A DNA stretch of 36,331 nt from Octopus bimaculoides (lineage: Eukaryota), in contig NC_068991.1 of the NCBI RefSeq assembly GCF_001194135.2, positions 27,460,849-27,497,179 of the forward strand. Reading direction: 5' to 3'. Both the position numbers and the translations under genes were made by a program. Positions 23,081-35,680 of the stretch are shown one piece after another. How positions within the stretch are numbered: the stretch's first letter is position 1; each line of letters begins with the position of its first letter. Below the pieces are notes generated by a model. The model searched no databases, was not told the DNA's origin, and saw nothing but the letters and a program-made list of their open reading frames with translations.

Positions 23081-25383
23081 CAGTCAATCGTAATGGAGAT
23101 TTAGTATGGTTAAAGTAAGTCGGGGAAGTAGTGAATGAGATGCAGCCAAATCTAAGACTAACTAGTGCATTAATGAGTAAACTTTTAGGGAAAATGCTGA
23201 ATTGGAAGGGCACATGACCAGATTTAATTCAAGGCTACTCACTAAAGAAATTTGGCAGTTTACATGGGAGGCTGAGGGAACAACTTCAGAGTTACCTAAA
23301 TAGAGGAATAATATCAGATTGGAACACTAGAGGGAAGACAATACTCCTTAGGAAAGATAAAAGCAAAGGTAATACAACTAGCAATTATAGACCAATCACT
23401 TGCTTATCATTAGTGTGGAAGCTGTTAATAGGAATGCTTTCAGAAAGCATTTACGAGCAGCTTGACGACCAGAAGTTACTGCCAGAAGAACAGAAAGGTT
23501 ACAGGAGAAAGGCGAGAGGAGCGCATGCTTTTTTTATACAGAGACAAAGCAGTTCTAAAGGAAGTAAAAGCTATAAAGAAAACTCTAACAATAGCATGGA
23601 TAGATTATAGAAAAGATTATTACATGATCCCACACTCATGGATAAGTGAACGTTTGAGTATATTCAGTATAGCAGACATTAGGGAATTAATCACCTTTAG
23701 AATAAAGAAATGAGAAGTAGATCTTTACTCAGTTGACAGAGTATTAGGGAACGTTAATATCAAAAGAGGAATTTTCCAGGGAGACTCGTTGCCCCCTTTA
23801 ATATTTGTCTTATGTTTGATCCCCCCCTCTGTTTAGTATTTAGGAAGGCAAAGGCAGGGTATCGTCTGAGAAATCGTAAGGGGAAAATTAACCATTTGCT
23901 CTACATGGATGATCTGAAGCTTTTTAGTAAGAATGAAAAAGAGATAGATTCCTTAATACAGACTGTAAGACTCTTCAACAAAGATGAATTTGACATAGAT
24001 AAATGTGCAATGTTAGTCATGAGAATGAGACAGGTAGTCAACAGCGAAGGCGTCCAACTACCAGGTAGCCAGACATTAAAATGTTTGAAAGGAGGAGAGT
24101 GTTATGAGTATCTAGGAGTATTAGAATCTGACAAAGTACTAACTATAGAAATGAAAGCAAAAATTGAGAAGGAGTACAACAGAAGGGTGAGGAAACTAAT
24201 GAAGTCAAAGCTAAATGGCCTTAATCTAGTGAAGGCTTTAAATACTTTGCCAGTACCATTATTAGATACTCAACAGCTTTTGTAGGTAGGACAAAAACTG
24301 AATTAGCAAAGCTAGACAGAAGAATTAGGAAGGCATTCAAAATGAATGGCGGACTCCACCCGAGACCAGAAGTAGCAAGATTATATTTACCTAGAAAGGA
24401 AGTTGGAAGAGAGTTAATATCAGTAGAAGACTGTGTTGAGTGAGCTAGAGTAAATATAGACTCTTACGTACGAGAAGGTTTGTTAAAAGTTGCTTGGATC
24501 ACAGCAAGACAAGGAAACCAAAAACCCAAACGAAGTTAAAAACCTAAAAAAAAACTGAAATTATCTGACTGGCAGAAGGCGTTGCGTGGTAGATTCCCTA
24601 AGATAGTTGCAGCAAATAGAAGTAGTGAGACGAGGTTGTGGTTGCAGAAAGGACAGCTGAAAAAGGAGACAGAGAATTTGTTAGTAGCAGCACAGGATCA
24701 AGCATTAAGGACTAATTGGATAAAAGCCAAGATAGACAAAAACGAAGCGGATTCCCAGTGTAGGTTATGCAAATCAAAAGAGGATAGCATTACTCATATA
24801 GTAAGTGAATGTAGCATGCTGACACGGAAAGAATGCAAGATATGACAAACTAGGGAGAGTAATCCACTGGGTGTTATGTAGAAAGCTAGAATTTGAACAT
24901 ATTGATAAGTGGTATGAACATGAACTTAGTAAAATACTATAAGGTAAGAAATACGAGATGCTGTGGGACTTCAACATTCAGACTGACAGAGTAATAGAAG
25001 CTAGAAGGCCTGATTTAGTAGTAGTAGGTAAAGAGAGTAGAAAATGCCAGATAATTGACTTTACAGTCTCACGTGATGAGAAAATCAATATGAGAGGTAT
25101 AGAAAAAATAGCAAAGTACCAGATCCTAGCTATTGCACTACAGAGACTATGGGAATTGTTGGTAAAATGTAACCAAGTAGTTATAAGTGCATTAGGAACT
25201 ATCCTTAAAGATTTGAACAGATGGCTAGTGGAAATAGGCATAAAACCCAGTTTAGTACAGCTCCAGAAAACAGTGTTAGTAGGGACAGCTGGGATACTTA
25301 GGAGAGTTCTTGGCATCTAAGTTTACTTGTTTAGCCCAATATTAGTTTTTTTTCTTTTCCAACAGTATAATCTGTTGTGCGTA
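23018..25383 (+). mobile_element. 5'-truncated R4/Dong-clade non-LTR retrotransposon, copy 1 (pseudogenised RT, CCHC, RLE)
   Basis: NYRPITCL, EEQKG, IPHSWI, RGIFQGDSL and NHLLYMDDLKL (YMDD at 23902); CRLC...H.VSEC knuckle near 24759; LWDFNIQTDRVIEARRPDL...IIDF...EKIAKY restriction-like endonuclease; stop at 25320. Multiple stops and frameshifts. Confidence 0.92.
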
Positions 25384-25474
25384 GAAGAAGAAGAAGAAGA
25401 AAAAGAAGAAGAAGAAGAAGAAGAAGAAGAAGAAGAAGAAGAAGAAGAAGAAGAAGAAGAAGAAGAAGAAGAAG

Positions 25475-25512
<38 letters not shown>
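25384..25512 (+). repeat. Compound microsatellite (GAA)31(CAA)12
   Basis: Counted directly; one AAA interruption in the GAA tract. Confidence 0.97.
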
Positions 25513-26085
25513 ATCAGTAGCAACAGAATTGATTATTTAACACAGGGTAGAGGAGATTTTATAACCAAATAAATAGGGGAGAAGAAAGTACTGAAGATGA
25601 GATACTTAATGCAGAAGAAGTTAGAAAGTGTGGGCGTAATATTTGATATAAGCCAGTCAATCATAATGGAGATGCAGTATGATTAAAGAAAGTGAGGGAA
25701 GAAGTGAGTGCGAAGCAGCCAGACCTCAGACTAACTACTTCATTAATGAGTAGGGTTTGTAAAAATGCCTAATTGGAAAGACCCTGGACCAGATTTAATT
25801 CAAGAGTGCTGGCTAAAGAAATCTTGTATATTCAGTATAGCAGACAACATTAGAGAATTAATCACCTTTAGCATGAAGAAATGGAAAGTAGCTCTCGATT
25901 CAGGTGACAAAGTCTTGGGAAAAATTAAATTCAAAAGAGGAATTTTTCAAGGAGACTCGTTAATCCCTTTAATATTTGTCTTATGTTTGATCCCCATTAG
26001 TTTGGTATTAAAGAAGGCAAAGGCAGGGTGTCGGTTCAGAAATAGTAAGGGGAAAATTAACCATTTGCTCTACATGGATGATCTT
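25513..26085 (+). mobile_element. R4/Dong-clade element, copy 2 (internally deleted, ends at YMDDL)
   Basis: QN*LFNTG*RRFYNQIN...MPNWKDPGPDLIQ, then a deletion, then KRGIFQGDSL...NHLLYMDDL. Collinear with copy 1. Confidence 0.9.
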
Positions 26086-26337
26086 GTCAAAAAACGAAAA
26101 CTACTTAAAAACGAACAAACAAATCATGCAGAAGATAGATGTCTTCAATTGATAATGTTCTTAGACTCAAACAAGAACATCACCTTGTATAATTCTTGAA
26201 CCTGTTGTTTCTCACTGGTCTTTCAAATCTTGCTTTATCGCTTATTAGACTTTAACAATCGCTCAGAATATTGGTATACATCCAGAGAATATCATGTAAA
26301 TCGAAATTAAATCCTTAACCCTTTTTTCGTTTTGCAC
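26080..26337 (+). repeat. Unclassified dispersed repeat, copy 2
   Basis: Homologous to 20405-20670. Confidence 0.85.
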
Positions 26338-26809
26338 CACACTAAGTCGAAAGTCGTAGTATCCATTTCATCATGTTACTCTGAGCACATACAGCAATTT
26401 CAGCCTGAGAAGTATCGAGATTAGTTTCAGTTGATTGACTGATATTGAAGCAAATTTTATTTTTTATGGGTTTGTAACTTTTTCATTATTGCTTTTCCAA
26501 AACAATTATGATATTCCTAATTGACATAGAATCTAAATGTTCAGACATATTAGATGAGTAGTGTCAAATTGAAAAGATTCATTAACTTTGGGATATTGCC
26601 TCAGAGTCTACGAGAAGAGAAGTGTGAGTAAATTACTAGCTTTAATGAACGATATTGTTTATCGTAAAATTTATTGTAAAATTTATGACAATATTATTAC
26701 CAGGCAACTGATGAGTTATGCAGTAAAATAGAAAAGTCTTTGCTGATGACAATAAGCTTCAGAAAGTAAGCAAGGATGCATTGACCGAAGAGAACTTCAT
26801 CTGTACCTG

Positions 26810-27187
26810 TGTGTTAAGAAGCTCGATACCCAACCACGTTTCCGGGTTCAGTCCCACTGATGGTACCTTGGGCTTCTAATAGTCTTCTATTATAGCCTCG
26901 GGTCGACCAAAGATTTGTGAGTGGATTTGGTAGACGGAAACTGCGTGTATTTATATACCTATGTGTTTGTGGCTTTGTGTCTGTTTTTGTTCTCCATCAC
27001 CGCTTGGCAAACGGTGTTGGTGTGCTTATATCCCCCTAACTAAGCTGTATGGCAAAAGAGACCGATAGAATAAGTACTGGGCTTAAAAGGTGAGTCCTAG
27101 GGTCGATTTGTTCGACTAAGACCTTTCAAGACGGTGCTCTAGCATGACCGCAGTCAAAGGGCTGAAACAGGTAAAGGAGTAAAAGGA
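26810..27187 (+). mobile_element. tRNA-derived SINE family B, near full length
   Basis: B-box-like 'gggttcagtccca', then 'gtgagtggatttggtagacggaaactg' and 'gaccgatagaataagtac', with an aaagga-like tail. Confidence 0.85.
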
Positions 27188-28021
27188 TTAGTGTGATGGA
27201 ATAAAGTCATTATTGTCTACAGCATGTGTTCATGCATCCTTAGAACTTTCCAGTTAAAAAGACCTTTATACCAACCAACATCGTTCTCTTCTCAACATTT
27301 GCCAAATCTCACTTTGAATACTCCTGCTCACTGTAGTTTCCTTATACGAAAGAAAATATTATGAGAATTGAAGCAAATCGGAAATCAATCATATAACAAA
27401 ACAAAATAGCATGGCAGACCTTGGCATTTGGATCGCCTCAACATTTTCAAACCCCATTTTTCTCCAATATCACCATAAACGCAACTAGATTTGTATAATG
27501 TGAAAAATATTCCATCAATACTGTCCAAATGATGCCGGTATCATATCGCCGCAAAATAAACCCTCACCCGTTCTATAATCCCCCTACAAAAATAGAGCTT
27601 GCATCACACCATATCTAAATATATGTTTAATAAATCTCTCATTTATGACTCACATAGCCCTATGCGCGAGCGCGTATGTGCATGTACGTGTGTGTGTATG
27701 AAACGTAATCTGTGTTTGCTTGGATGAATCTGTATGCCACTCTGTTCATTATGTTAAAACCCGAAGGCAGTGTGTAAGGGAGATAATTCTCTTATAAAAA
27801 TTACCCAAGCGTTAATAGTGCTATGTTTTGTTGCTATTTTATTATAACCGGCTATAGTTTGTGTTGCAGTCGAGAAGAGTGTATTCAATGGACATCAAAT
27901 ATATAATTTACTTTTTTCTACCAATATGATCTAAATATTAAAAATAGTAATCATAAATAATTCTACTTGGACATTTTCGAGGTTGAACAATTTAAACACA
28001 TACAACGATTTCATATAATCA

Positions 28022-28090
28022 TTGTTGTTGTTGTTGTTGTTGTTTTTGTTGCTGCTGCTTCTGCTGCTGCTGTTGTTGTTGTTGTTGTTG
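28022..28090 (+). repeat. (GTT)n/(GCT)n compound microsatellite
   Basis: Read directly from the sequence. Confidence 0.9.
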
Positions 28091-28539
28091 CTATTGTTTT
28101 CTTTTCCGTTACTTTCTATTTCAAATCTTTTCTGTTTTTTTTTTCCAGTTCCTATAGATGTCCTGTATTCTATTAATCTTCCGTTTTCTTCTCAAAAATG
28201 TATTTAAACATTTTAAAACAGCCATCGTTTCTTTTCTTGTAGATCATGTGTTCATTAACTGACATTAAAAAATTTTTTTCATTAAAAGTAATTTTAATTT
28301 TTTTACTATACAAATATAGAACGTATTTTTCTATTGATGAACTATAAATCAAACAACAAAAATACATACACAATTTCCATCAAGCACATATATTTAGTAT
28401 TCACCCAACGTAGTGTCGCAGAATAGATAGATCTCGGTCGATTTCGACGATGAGTATTCCAGTTCTTATACTAAGTGTACTACAAAATCTTTGAATTTCA
28501 GTATAATTAGCTGAGTATACCATAGAGAGGTGTACAATT

Positions 28540-28805
28540 AATGTAACCCCCAAGCAGAGACGTGACAAGCCTAACAATTTCAGTTAAGGGAGATTGTGTG
28601 GAAGCCCGCCGAGTGGATTGAACCTTTGATTCTATAGATTAAATCTATTCTGACCGGCTTCTACACAGTTTCTATCAACACATTTTCACTCTCATGGTAT
28701 GGATCAGACAGAGACTACAGGGCAAACATTGGCTCAACACTAGACACAGTGGTGTCGAACGTGCTGTCTCATGATATCAAAGCGAATTTCTTAATGACAC
28801 AGCTT
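28540..28805 (-). mobile_element. SINE family B 5' part (decayed)
   Basis: Reverse complement resembles the tRNA head and body of 26810-26940. Confidence 0.6.
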
Positions 28806-29181
28806 AATGACTCAACGTACGGAGATATACAAAAAGCACTGGTATACACGCACTGGTATACATTGAATGTGCATAAATGTGTACAAGCATTTACTCATAC
28901 ATGCACAGAGTAGAAGTCATCGGTCAATGGTTATTTTCAAGGCTAGCGAAATGTCCTTTGCTAAATCTCTTCAAAATGGAGCTATAATGAGGCTATCATA
29001 TATCTTATTTGTTAATTTATGCATTAATGTCTTCCTCTGTCGATTCCATCGTAGAATCTATCAATCTTGGTATTGTCTAGACATTAAGACATTTTAATGC
29101 TGAAATAAGATTCCCTCGTCAAAACATATTTCTCAACATAAACCATCAACACATAAATTTACTTTCAACCAATGATAAAGA

Positions 29182-29520
29182 GTACTTTTTAAGTGGGCAC
29201 TCGATTTGCTAGCAACACCAGCCAAACATTTTTTCAGATAATACTGTTCTATCACTGAAAAAGAAAGTCTAACACATTAGGCAATGTAGTCCTAGATATA
29301 CAATGCTTGTAAATAAGAGAAGATTGTCACAGGACACATCTAATTATAGCGTACTTTTCATGTGAGCGCTCGATTTCCTAGCAACAATAACCAAATTCTG
29401 CTCAGATTACACCGTTCTGTCATGAAAAAAGGAAGGATAACACATTAGGCAATGTAGTCCAAGATATACAATGCTTGTAAATAGGATAGTCACAGAACAT
29501 ATCTCATTATAAGCGTGCTC
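29182..29520 (+). repeat. ~168-bp tandem duplication x2
   Basis: 'taacacattaggcaatgtagtcc(t/a)agatatacaatgcttgtaaata' at 29270 and 29438; 'gtactttt...ctcgattt(g/c)ctagcaac' at 29182 and 29351. Confidence 0.9.
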
Positions 29521-29639
29521 ATTCAGACAACTCCTCTTGATGGTACTTAAACGATTTAATTTTCTTCAAATATTTTATAACTAGGAGAATCGTTCGAGTA
29601 ACAGAAAAAGTTCCTTGCTATATTTAGATGTGTATAATT

Positions 29640-29760
29640 ATGTCCTGAGTTCACACCGCGTTGATGTCGACTATATTTTCATTATTCCGCGGTCGATAAA
29701 TTAAAGTACTTATCAATTACTTGGCTCAATTTATTCGACTACACCTTCCTTAAAATCGAA
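29640..29760 (-). mobile_element. SINE family A (decayed)
   Basis: 'ctgagttcacaccgcgttgatgtcgactat...gcggtcgataaattaaagtac'. Confidence 0.65.
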
Positions 29761-31822
29761 GATTATGTACCTAAGTTTCAAACTAATATGTTGCTCATTG
29801 GTGAGCTAGACGTGGCCATCTCGGTTTTTATTTAGACAAAGTGTAATTAACGACCACATTTTCCTATGTGTACTTCCTTTTTTAAGTCATTATTATGTGT
29901 GTTAAGACAAATTTACTTTCTATTTCTAAAACGTCGAGTAGCCACCAGAAGGTTTTCTCATTGGTTTAACCAGTGTTGTTCTTGTTTTTCTCTTTTTTCA
30001 AATTTATCTTCTTTATTTGTAACGTCTTCTCAATATTCACATTTTATATCTCCTCTGGATGTACGTAAACCGGTGGCTTCTAAGGTTCAACTCCAAATCG
30101 TGTTGAAACTAGTAACGTTATTAAGAACGCCTATCGAATATGCTTTTTTAAAGCAATGGTGCCTGATTATTAACATATTATAGTTTGGTGGAATTAACGC
30201 TATTTGTGAGGATTTCTAGTATAACTACCTTAGTTAGTAAATGATAATATTATAGTATTATTATTACGAATAATTGTTATGATTATTATATTTATGAGCA
30301 TTACTGTAATGCGCTAAATCATTGGTGGTGTTTTCATTTTGATAGTTGTGTTAGTATTAATAGCACCATAAATGTAACTATCGTACGAAATAATTTTTTA
30401 CTATCATTATCATAAAAGCGTCAATCGTATGCGTGTTTAACACGTAATCCACTTGAGTTCTCTCCTCTAACTCGAATAACACAGTAGCAATTACAAATTT
30501 CCAGTTCATGTAGATGTGTCCAGTTCAAGCGAGAGTGTCACGTTTGAACTTAATTTTTGCAACGACAGTATTAACAGCCTTATCTGTACACTTCCAAGTA
30601 CCATAATCTAATAAGATTTTGACACAAGATTTGGTATATAAATTTGATCCCAAACACAATACCATGAAAATTGTCTACATTCGCTTTGCCGGATATTAAT
30701 CTATAAACTGCACGTTCATGCAGACTACGATGGAACATGTATACTGAATAATTACATTTAAATTATGTTTACTGTTGATCCAAGTATCTTTTTCCCGCTT
30801 GTATTTTCCGAATTATTATATTTCGTGGTGATCAACATCAAAATAGTTATAGACGTCATAACTGAGAAATATTCCTCATAGCATGTTGTTGAGGTATTTT
30901 TCCTTTGGGGTTTTGCACATGGTTTTGCGACACTTTTCCCTTTTTTTTTTTTTTTCGAACAAAACATAAACAAAAAATAACGGAAAATAATAAAGTATAT
31001 TGATTTAATACCTGGAAATGTATGACTTGTAGTACCAACTGATATCACAGGTATCAATATAAACTCTAACCCACTTATTGTGGACTTTTGTCTAAAGCGC
31101 TCAATAGAAAACATATCACATGTTTATATGAATATATATATGTTTGTATATAATGATTATAATTATATAAAAAGAATAATACGAACTGCTGCAATAATAC
31201 TCTCTTCTCAACACATGTAATACGTATGCACCTATGGGTGTGTTTGTACGTAAATATATATGTATATATGTATATATATATATATATATNNNNNNNNNNN
31301 NNNNNNNNNNNNNNNNNNNNNNNNNNNNNNNNNNNNNNNNNNNNNNNNNNNNNNNNNNNNNNNNNNNNNNNNNNNNNNNNNNNNNNNNNNNNNNNNNNNN
31401 NNNNNNNNNNNNNNNNNNNNNNNNNNNNNNNNNNNNNNNNNNNNNNNNNNNNNNNNNNNNNNNNNNNNNNNNNNNNNNNNNNNNNNNNNNNNNNNNNNNN
31501 NNNNNNNNNNNNNNNNNNNNNNNNNNNNNNNNNNNNNNNNNNNNNNNNNNNNNNNNNNNNNNNNNNNNNNNNNNNNNNNNNNNNNNNNNNNNNNNNNNNN
31601 NNNNNNNNNNNNNNNNNNNNNNNNNNNNNNNNNNNNNNNNNNNNNNNNNNNNNNNNNNNNNNNNNNNNNNNNNNNNNNNNNNNNNNNNNNNNNNNNNNNN
31701 NNNNNNNNNNNNNNNNNNNNNNNNNNNNNNNNNNNNNNNNNNNNNNNNNNNNNNNNNNNNNNNNNNNNNNNNNNNNNNNNNNNNNNNNNNNNNNNNNNNN
31801 NNNNNNNNNNNNNNNNNNNNNN

Positions 31823-32733
31823 TCCAGCCTTTGGAATGTCATCTTCGCTGTATGTGGTTGAGCTTTACCCTGATGGAAGAATACCAAAGATGGTCGTTTT
31901 TCTTCTAGCGCTGACTTAAGCCACTGAAGCTTCTCGCAGTAGTTCTCTTTGTTATCGTTTGGTTTGGGTTCAAAAGTTTCAAGTGGACTAAATCTTTCAT
32001 GCATCACCAAATAGATAACAACACCTTTCGTGGGTGACGACTTTTTTTTAGCCTGGGGTGCCGTTGTTTCTCCTTTCCCTACCCACTGTTTTCGGTGCTG
32101 AACATTTTTATAGAGAGTTCATTTCTCGTCACCAGTCACTATTCGGTCCAAAAAAGGTTCATTCGTGAGACGTGACATCAAAGAAGAGCACACATTCACT
32201 CTCTGCATGCGATTAGACTCTGAAGGTTTATGAGGAACCCATTGACCCAACTTGCTGACTTTTCCGATGACACGCAGGTATCGACGAATGACTGAATGAC
32301 CAAATCCAAGCTTCTCTGCTAGTTCGTCAACAGTTACGATGGGATTTTGTTCCACCAGGGTTTGCAGGACGTCCTCGTCGAGGTTTACATGTCTTCCAGG
32401 ACGAGGCTCGTCTTCTATGCTGTAGTTTCCGGCTCGGAATTTCTGAAACCACCGATGACACAGGATTATTGTACGATCCCCATATACTGCGTTAATATTC
32501 ATCACACTTTCCGTTGCGTTGCAGCCTTCATTAAACTCATTAAGCAGAATATGCCGAACATGCTCCTTTGTCAATTCCCCTTTATAGCTTTGGAAACATA
32601 ATTGTTAAAATCGAACTGCACTCTTGAAAACTTGAACTAAAAATAAGGACAAGGTAAAAGTTGATGCAGGTAGTTTACCCAGACTTTTAGTTCATGCAAT
32701 TGAAAAAACCGCATTATTTATGGGATGACCCAA
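31823..32733 (-). mobile_element. Mariner transposase pseudogene with 5' TIR
   Basis: TA|ttgggtcatcccataa TIR. ORF 32119-32574 MTKEHVRHILL...WVPHKP...RIVTGDEK*, with the conserved W mutated to a stop, continuing to ...VFFHQGKAQPH (HDNA motif decayed). The 3' end lies in the gap. Confidence 0.93.
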
Positions 32734-34707
32734 TACATATATGTTTACTTATATATAAACATATATATGTAAGTATATATACATGTATGTATATATATGT
32801 ATATATATATATATGTATATAGATACACACACACATACAATATATATACACATATATATGTACATATATGTGTACTTATTCATATATAAATATAAATATA
32901 TATGTATATTTATATATGTGTGTGTGTGCGTGTGTGTGTGTATGTATGTGTATATATATACATACACATATATTACACAGATATACACACACACACACAC
33001 ACATATNNNNNNNNNNNNNNNNNNNNNNNNNNNNNNNNNNNNNNNNNNNNNNNNNNNNNNNNNNNNNNNNNNNNNNNNNNNNNNNNNNNNNNNNNNNNNN
33101 NNNNNNNNNNNNNNNNNNNNNNNNNNNNNNNNNNNNNNNNNNNNNNNNNNNNNNNNNNNNNNNNNNNNNNNNNNNNNNNNNNNNNNNNNNNNNNNNNNNN
33201 NNNNNNNNNNNNNNNNNNNNNNNNNNNNNNNNNNNNNNNNNNNNNNNNNNNNNNNNNNNNNNNNNNNNNNNNNNNNNNNNNNNNNNNNNNNNNNNNNNNN
33301 NNNNNNNNNNNNNNNNNNNNNNNNNNNNNNNNNNNNNNNNNNNNNNNNNNNNNNNNNNNNNNNNNNNNNNNNNNNNNNNNNNNNNNNNNNNNNNNNNNNN
33401 NNNNNNNNNNNNNNNNNNNNNNNNNNNNNNNNNNNNNNNNNNNNNNNNNNNNNNNNNNNNNNNNNNNNNNNNNNNNNNNNNNNNNNNNNNNNNNNNNNNN
33501 NNNNNNNNNNNNNNNNNNNNNNNNNNNNNNNNNNNNNNNNNNNNNNNNNNNNNNNNNNNNNNNNNNNNNNNNNNNNNNNNAGAGAGAGAGAAAAAGAATA
33601 TAGGATAAAGTGGAAGACAAAAGAAAGCATTTAGAGTATAAATTGCCCTTGGAATAAATCATTTTCGTATGGAATATATGAATGTTTTTGGAATATCATT
33701 TACATATTGAATATAGAACTACATATTAATATGGATAAAGGTATGTTTATACCTTTATGTTAGTATTTTATATAAACATTATTTGCTGTTTGCAAACACA
33801 TGTTAACACAACCCAGCTCCATTCACTCATTCACGCACATATATACAGAATAGAGAATGGAAGGAGCGTGATACATGTATACACACACGCACACACACAT
33901 ACGCATGCACATAGTCACACACACACACATTTATTTATATGTATGTACATACATACATTCATGTTTGAATGCATACCTATAGATAGTCAGAAAGATTGAT
34001 AGACTGAGAGACAGACAGACAGATAGGGGAAACGATTCTCTTTAGCTAGCCTCTAATCACGACGGAAACGTAAGTATACTATATTCCCAGCATGGCTCTT
34101 ATTGTATATATGTTATGTGTGTCTTTATAAGAGCACAAAAATATAAGTGTGTGTGTGTGTGTGTGTGTTTGTATTGATGAGTTATATAGTTATTAAATTT
34201 GCTGTTACTGGGCAGCAAAGCTGAATACCCTTTTCTCTGGAATGTGATGCATCTTGGAGTAGCTACATTAACCTGTCAACGTTATTGGTCACTTTTGATT
34301 TGCTGGATATATATTCATGCATAATTTTCTACTGATATTAGGGTTGTTTTTTCCCTAAAATTTCTGTTTATATAGATAAATTCATCAACTCCTTTGTCAC
34401 AGGGTAGCTGTAGACTACGAAACCCTACTGAGGAGTATTTTCATCATCCCTTCAGATCGTTTTTTTAATGAGTGCATACTTGATTGATTCGTTTTTTTCC
34501 GTATTGTTCAGCAGATGTCTGTGATATAAAGCAACATATAAATCATTTAGACTAACCTAATGCCTCTACATCCGTCTCCCTACCAATCATTTCTGCCAAG
34601 GCCACTAATGCCATGGAAGTTACCAGTAGGTGATAATATCTTCCTTGTTGTCATATCTTTGTTGCGTATATCTTTATTTACCAAATTGTCCAATTTACCA
34701 AGTATTG

Positions 34708-34900
34708 GTTTCAAATTTTGGCTCAAAGCCAGTAATTTCGGGGATGGTGTAGGTCAATTACATCAACCCCAGTACTCAACTGGTAATTATTGTATCGACC
34801 CCGAAAGGATGAAAAGCAAAGTCGACCTCGACAGCATTTGAACTCAGAACGCACAGATGGAGGAAATGCTGCTATGCATTTTCCACGGAACGCTAGCTTC
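34708..34900 (+). mobile_element. SINE family A
   Basis: 'tatcgaccccgaaaggatgaaaagcaaagtcgacctcgacagcatttgaactcagaacg'. Confidence 0.88.
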
Positions 34901-35680
34901 AGTTTTCCAAATATTAGTAACAGATCTGGTATTGCAAAAGTGTTATGGTATATGTTCTTATTAAATAGACATCTATGGCTACCGTAGCTTCCGCTGTCTG
35001 CTGAGGTAATTTTTTATCATTTTAGCATAACTGACAGCACTAACATATGGAACATCTTCATGAACTTTGAGATATTTGTAGCTTTTGACATTGGAAATAT
35101 GGTGGATACATAGGTCATTGGTATCCATATTCGTGCTTTTGTCAATTATTTTTCTTAGTTTACATGTGAGTAGGAATAAGTATAGAGAAAAAATACACAC
35201 ACGCGTACAGACAAATGATCGTACACGTAACTTCACTGAGGAACACATACAGTCACACATGACACAATGTACCACGCATACAAAAACGACATCGCCACAC
35301 TTCTGACAAGCCAACACACATACACAAAATAACACCGACACGCAGAGAGACACATACCTGTCCTCTCATGTTCACTCTCCTGCCCAGAATTACTCCACAA
35401 CCTTACTCCATATCCCCGGTCAATTAGCAGCTCAACACCACAAGGGCTTTTGATGTGGAATCGGGTATTTGTTTCTTTTTTCGCTTTCTTTTACTATTTC
35501 CATCAGTTTTCCATTATCCGAAAAATACCAATTCCTAAAATGTCATAGCCATTGACATACATACATATATATGTATGTATGTATGTATATATANNNNNNN
35601 NNNTGTGTGTGTGAGTGTATGTAGTAAAGCGAGTTGCCAAATCAATGTGGTAGTTCAATGGTGCTACTAGTTTTCGGCAG

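Noticed and set aside
26704-26765. CUGAUGA...GAAA motif, and a possible 62-nt exon (cag|ATDELCSKIEKSLLMTISFR|gtaagc)
   Set aside because: No stem II for a ribozyme. The exon has only generic splice signals and no homology.
29912-30210. Minus-strand frame of about 100 codons interrupted only by three TGA codons (recoding or selenocysteine?)
   Set aside because: A rough estimate gives several such frames by chance in this much AT-rich sequence; no SECIS or protein motif was seen.
30560-30740. Ankyrin-like words on the minus strand (LISGKANVD; CVKILLDYG)
   Set aside because: They fall in different frames, with no TPLH motif or repeat spacing.
34398-34440. AGGGUA...GAAACCCU-a-CUGAGGA motif
   Set aside because: There is no room for stem I; it is just a short hairpin.
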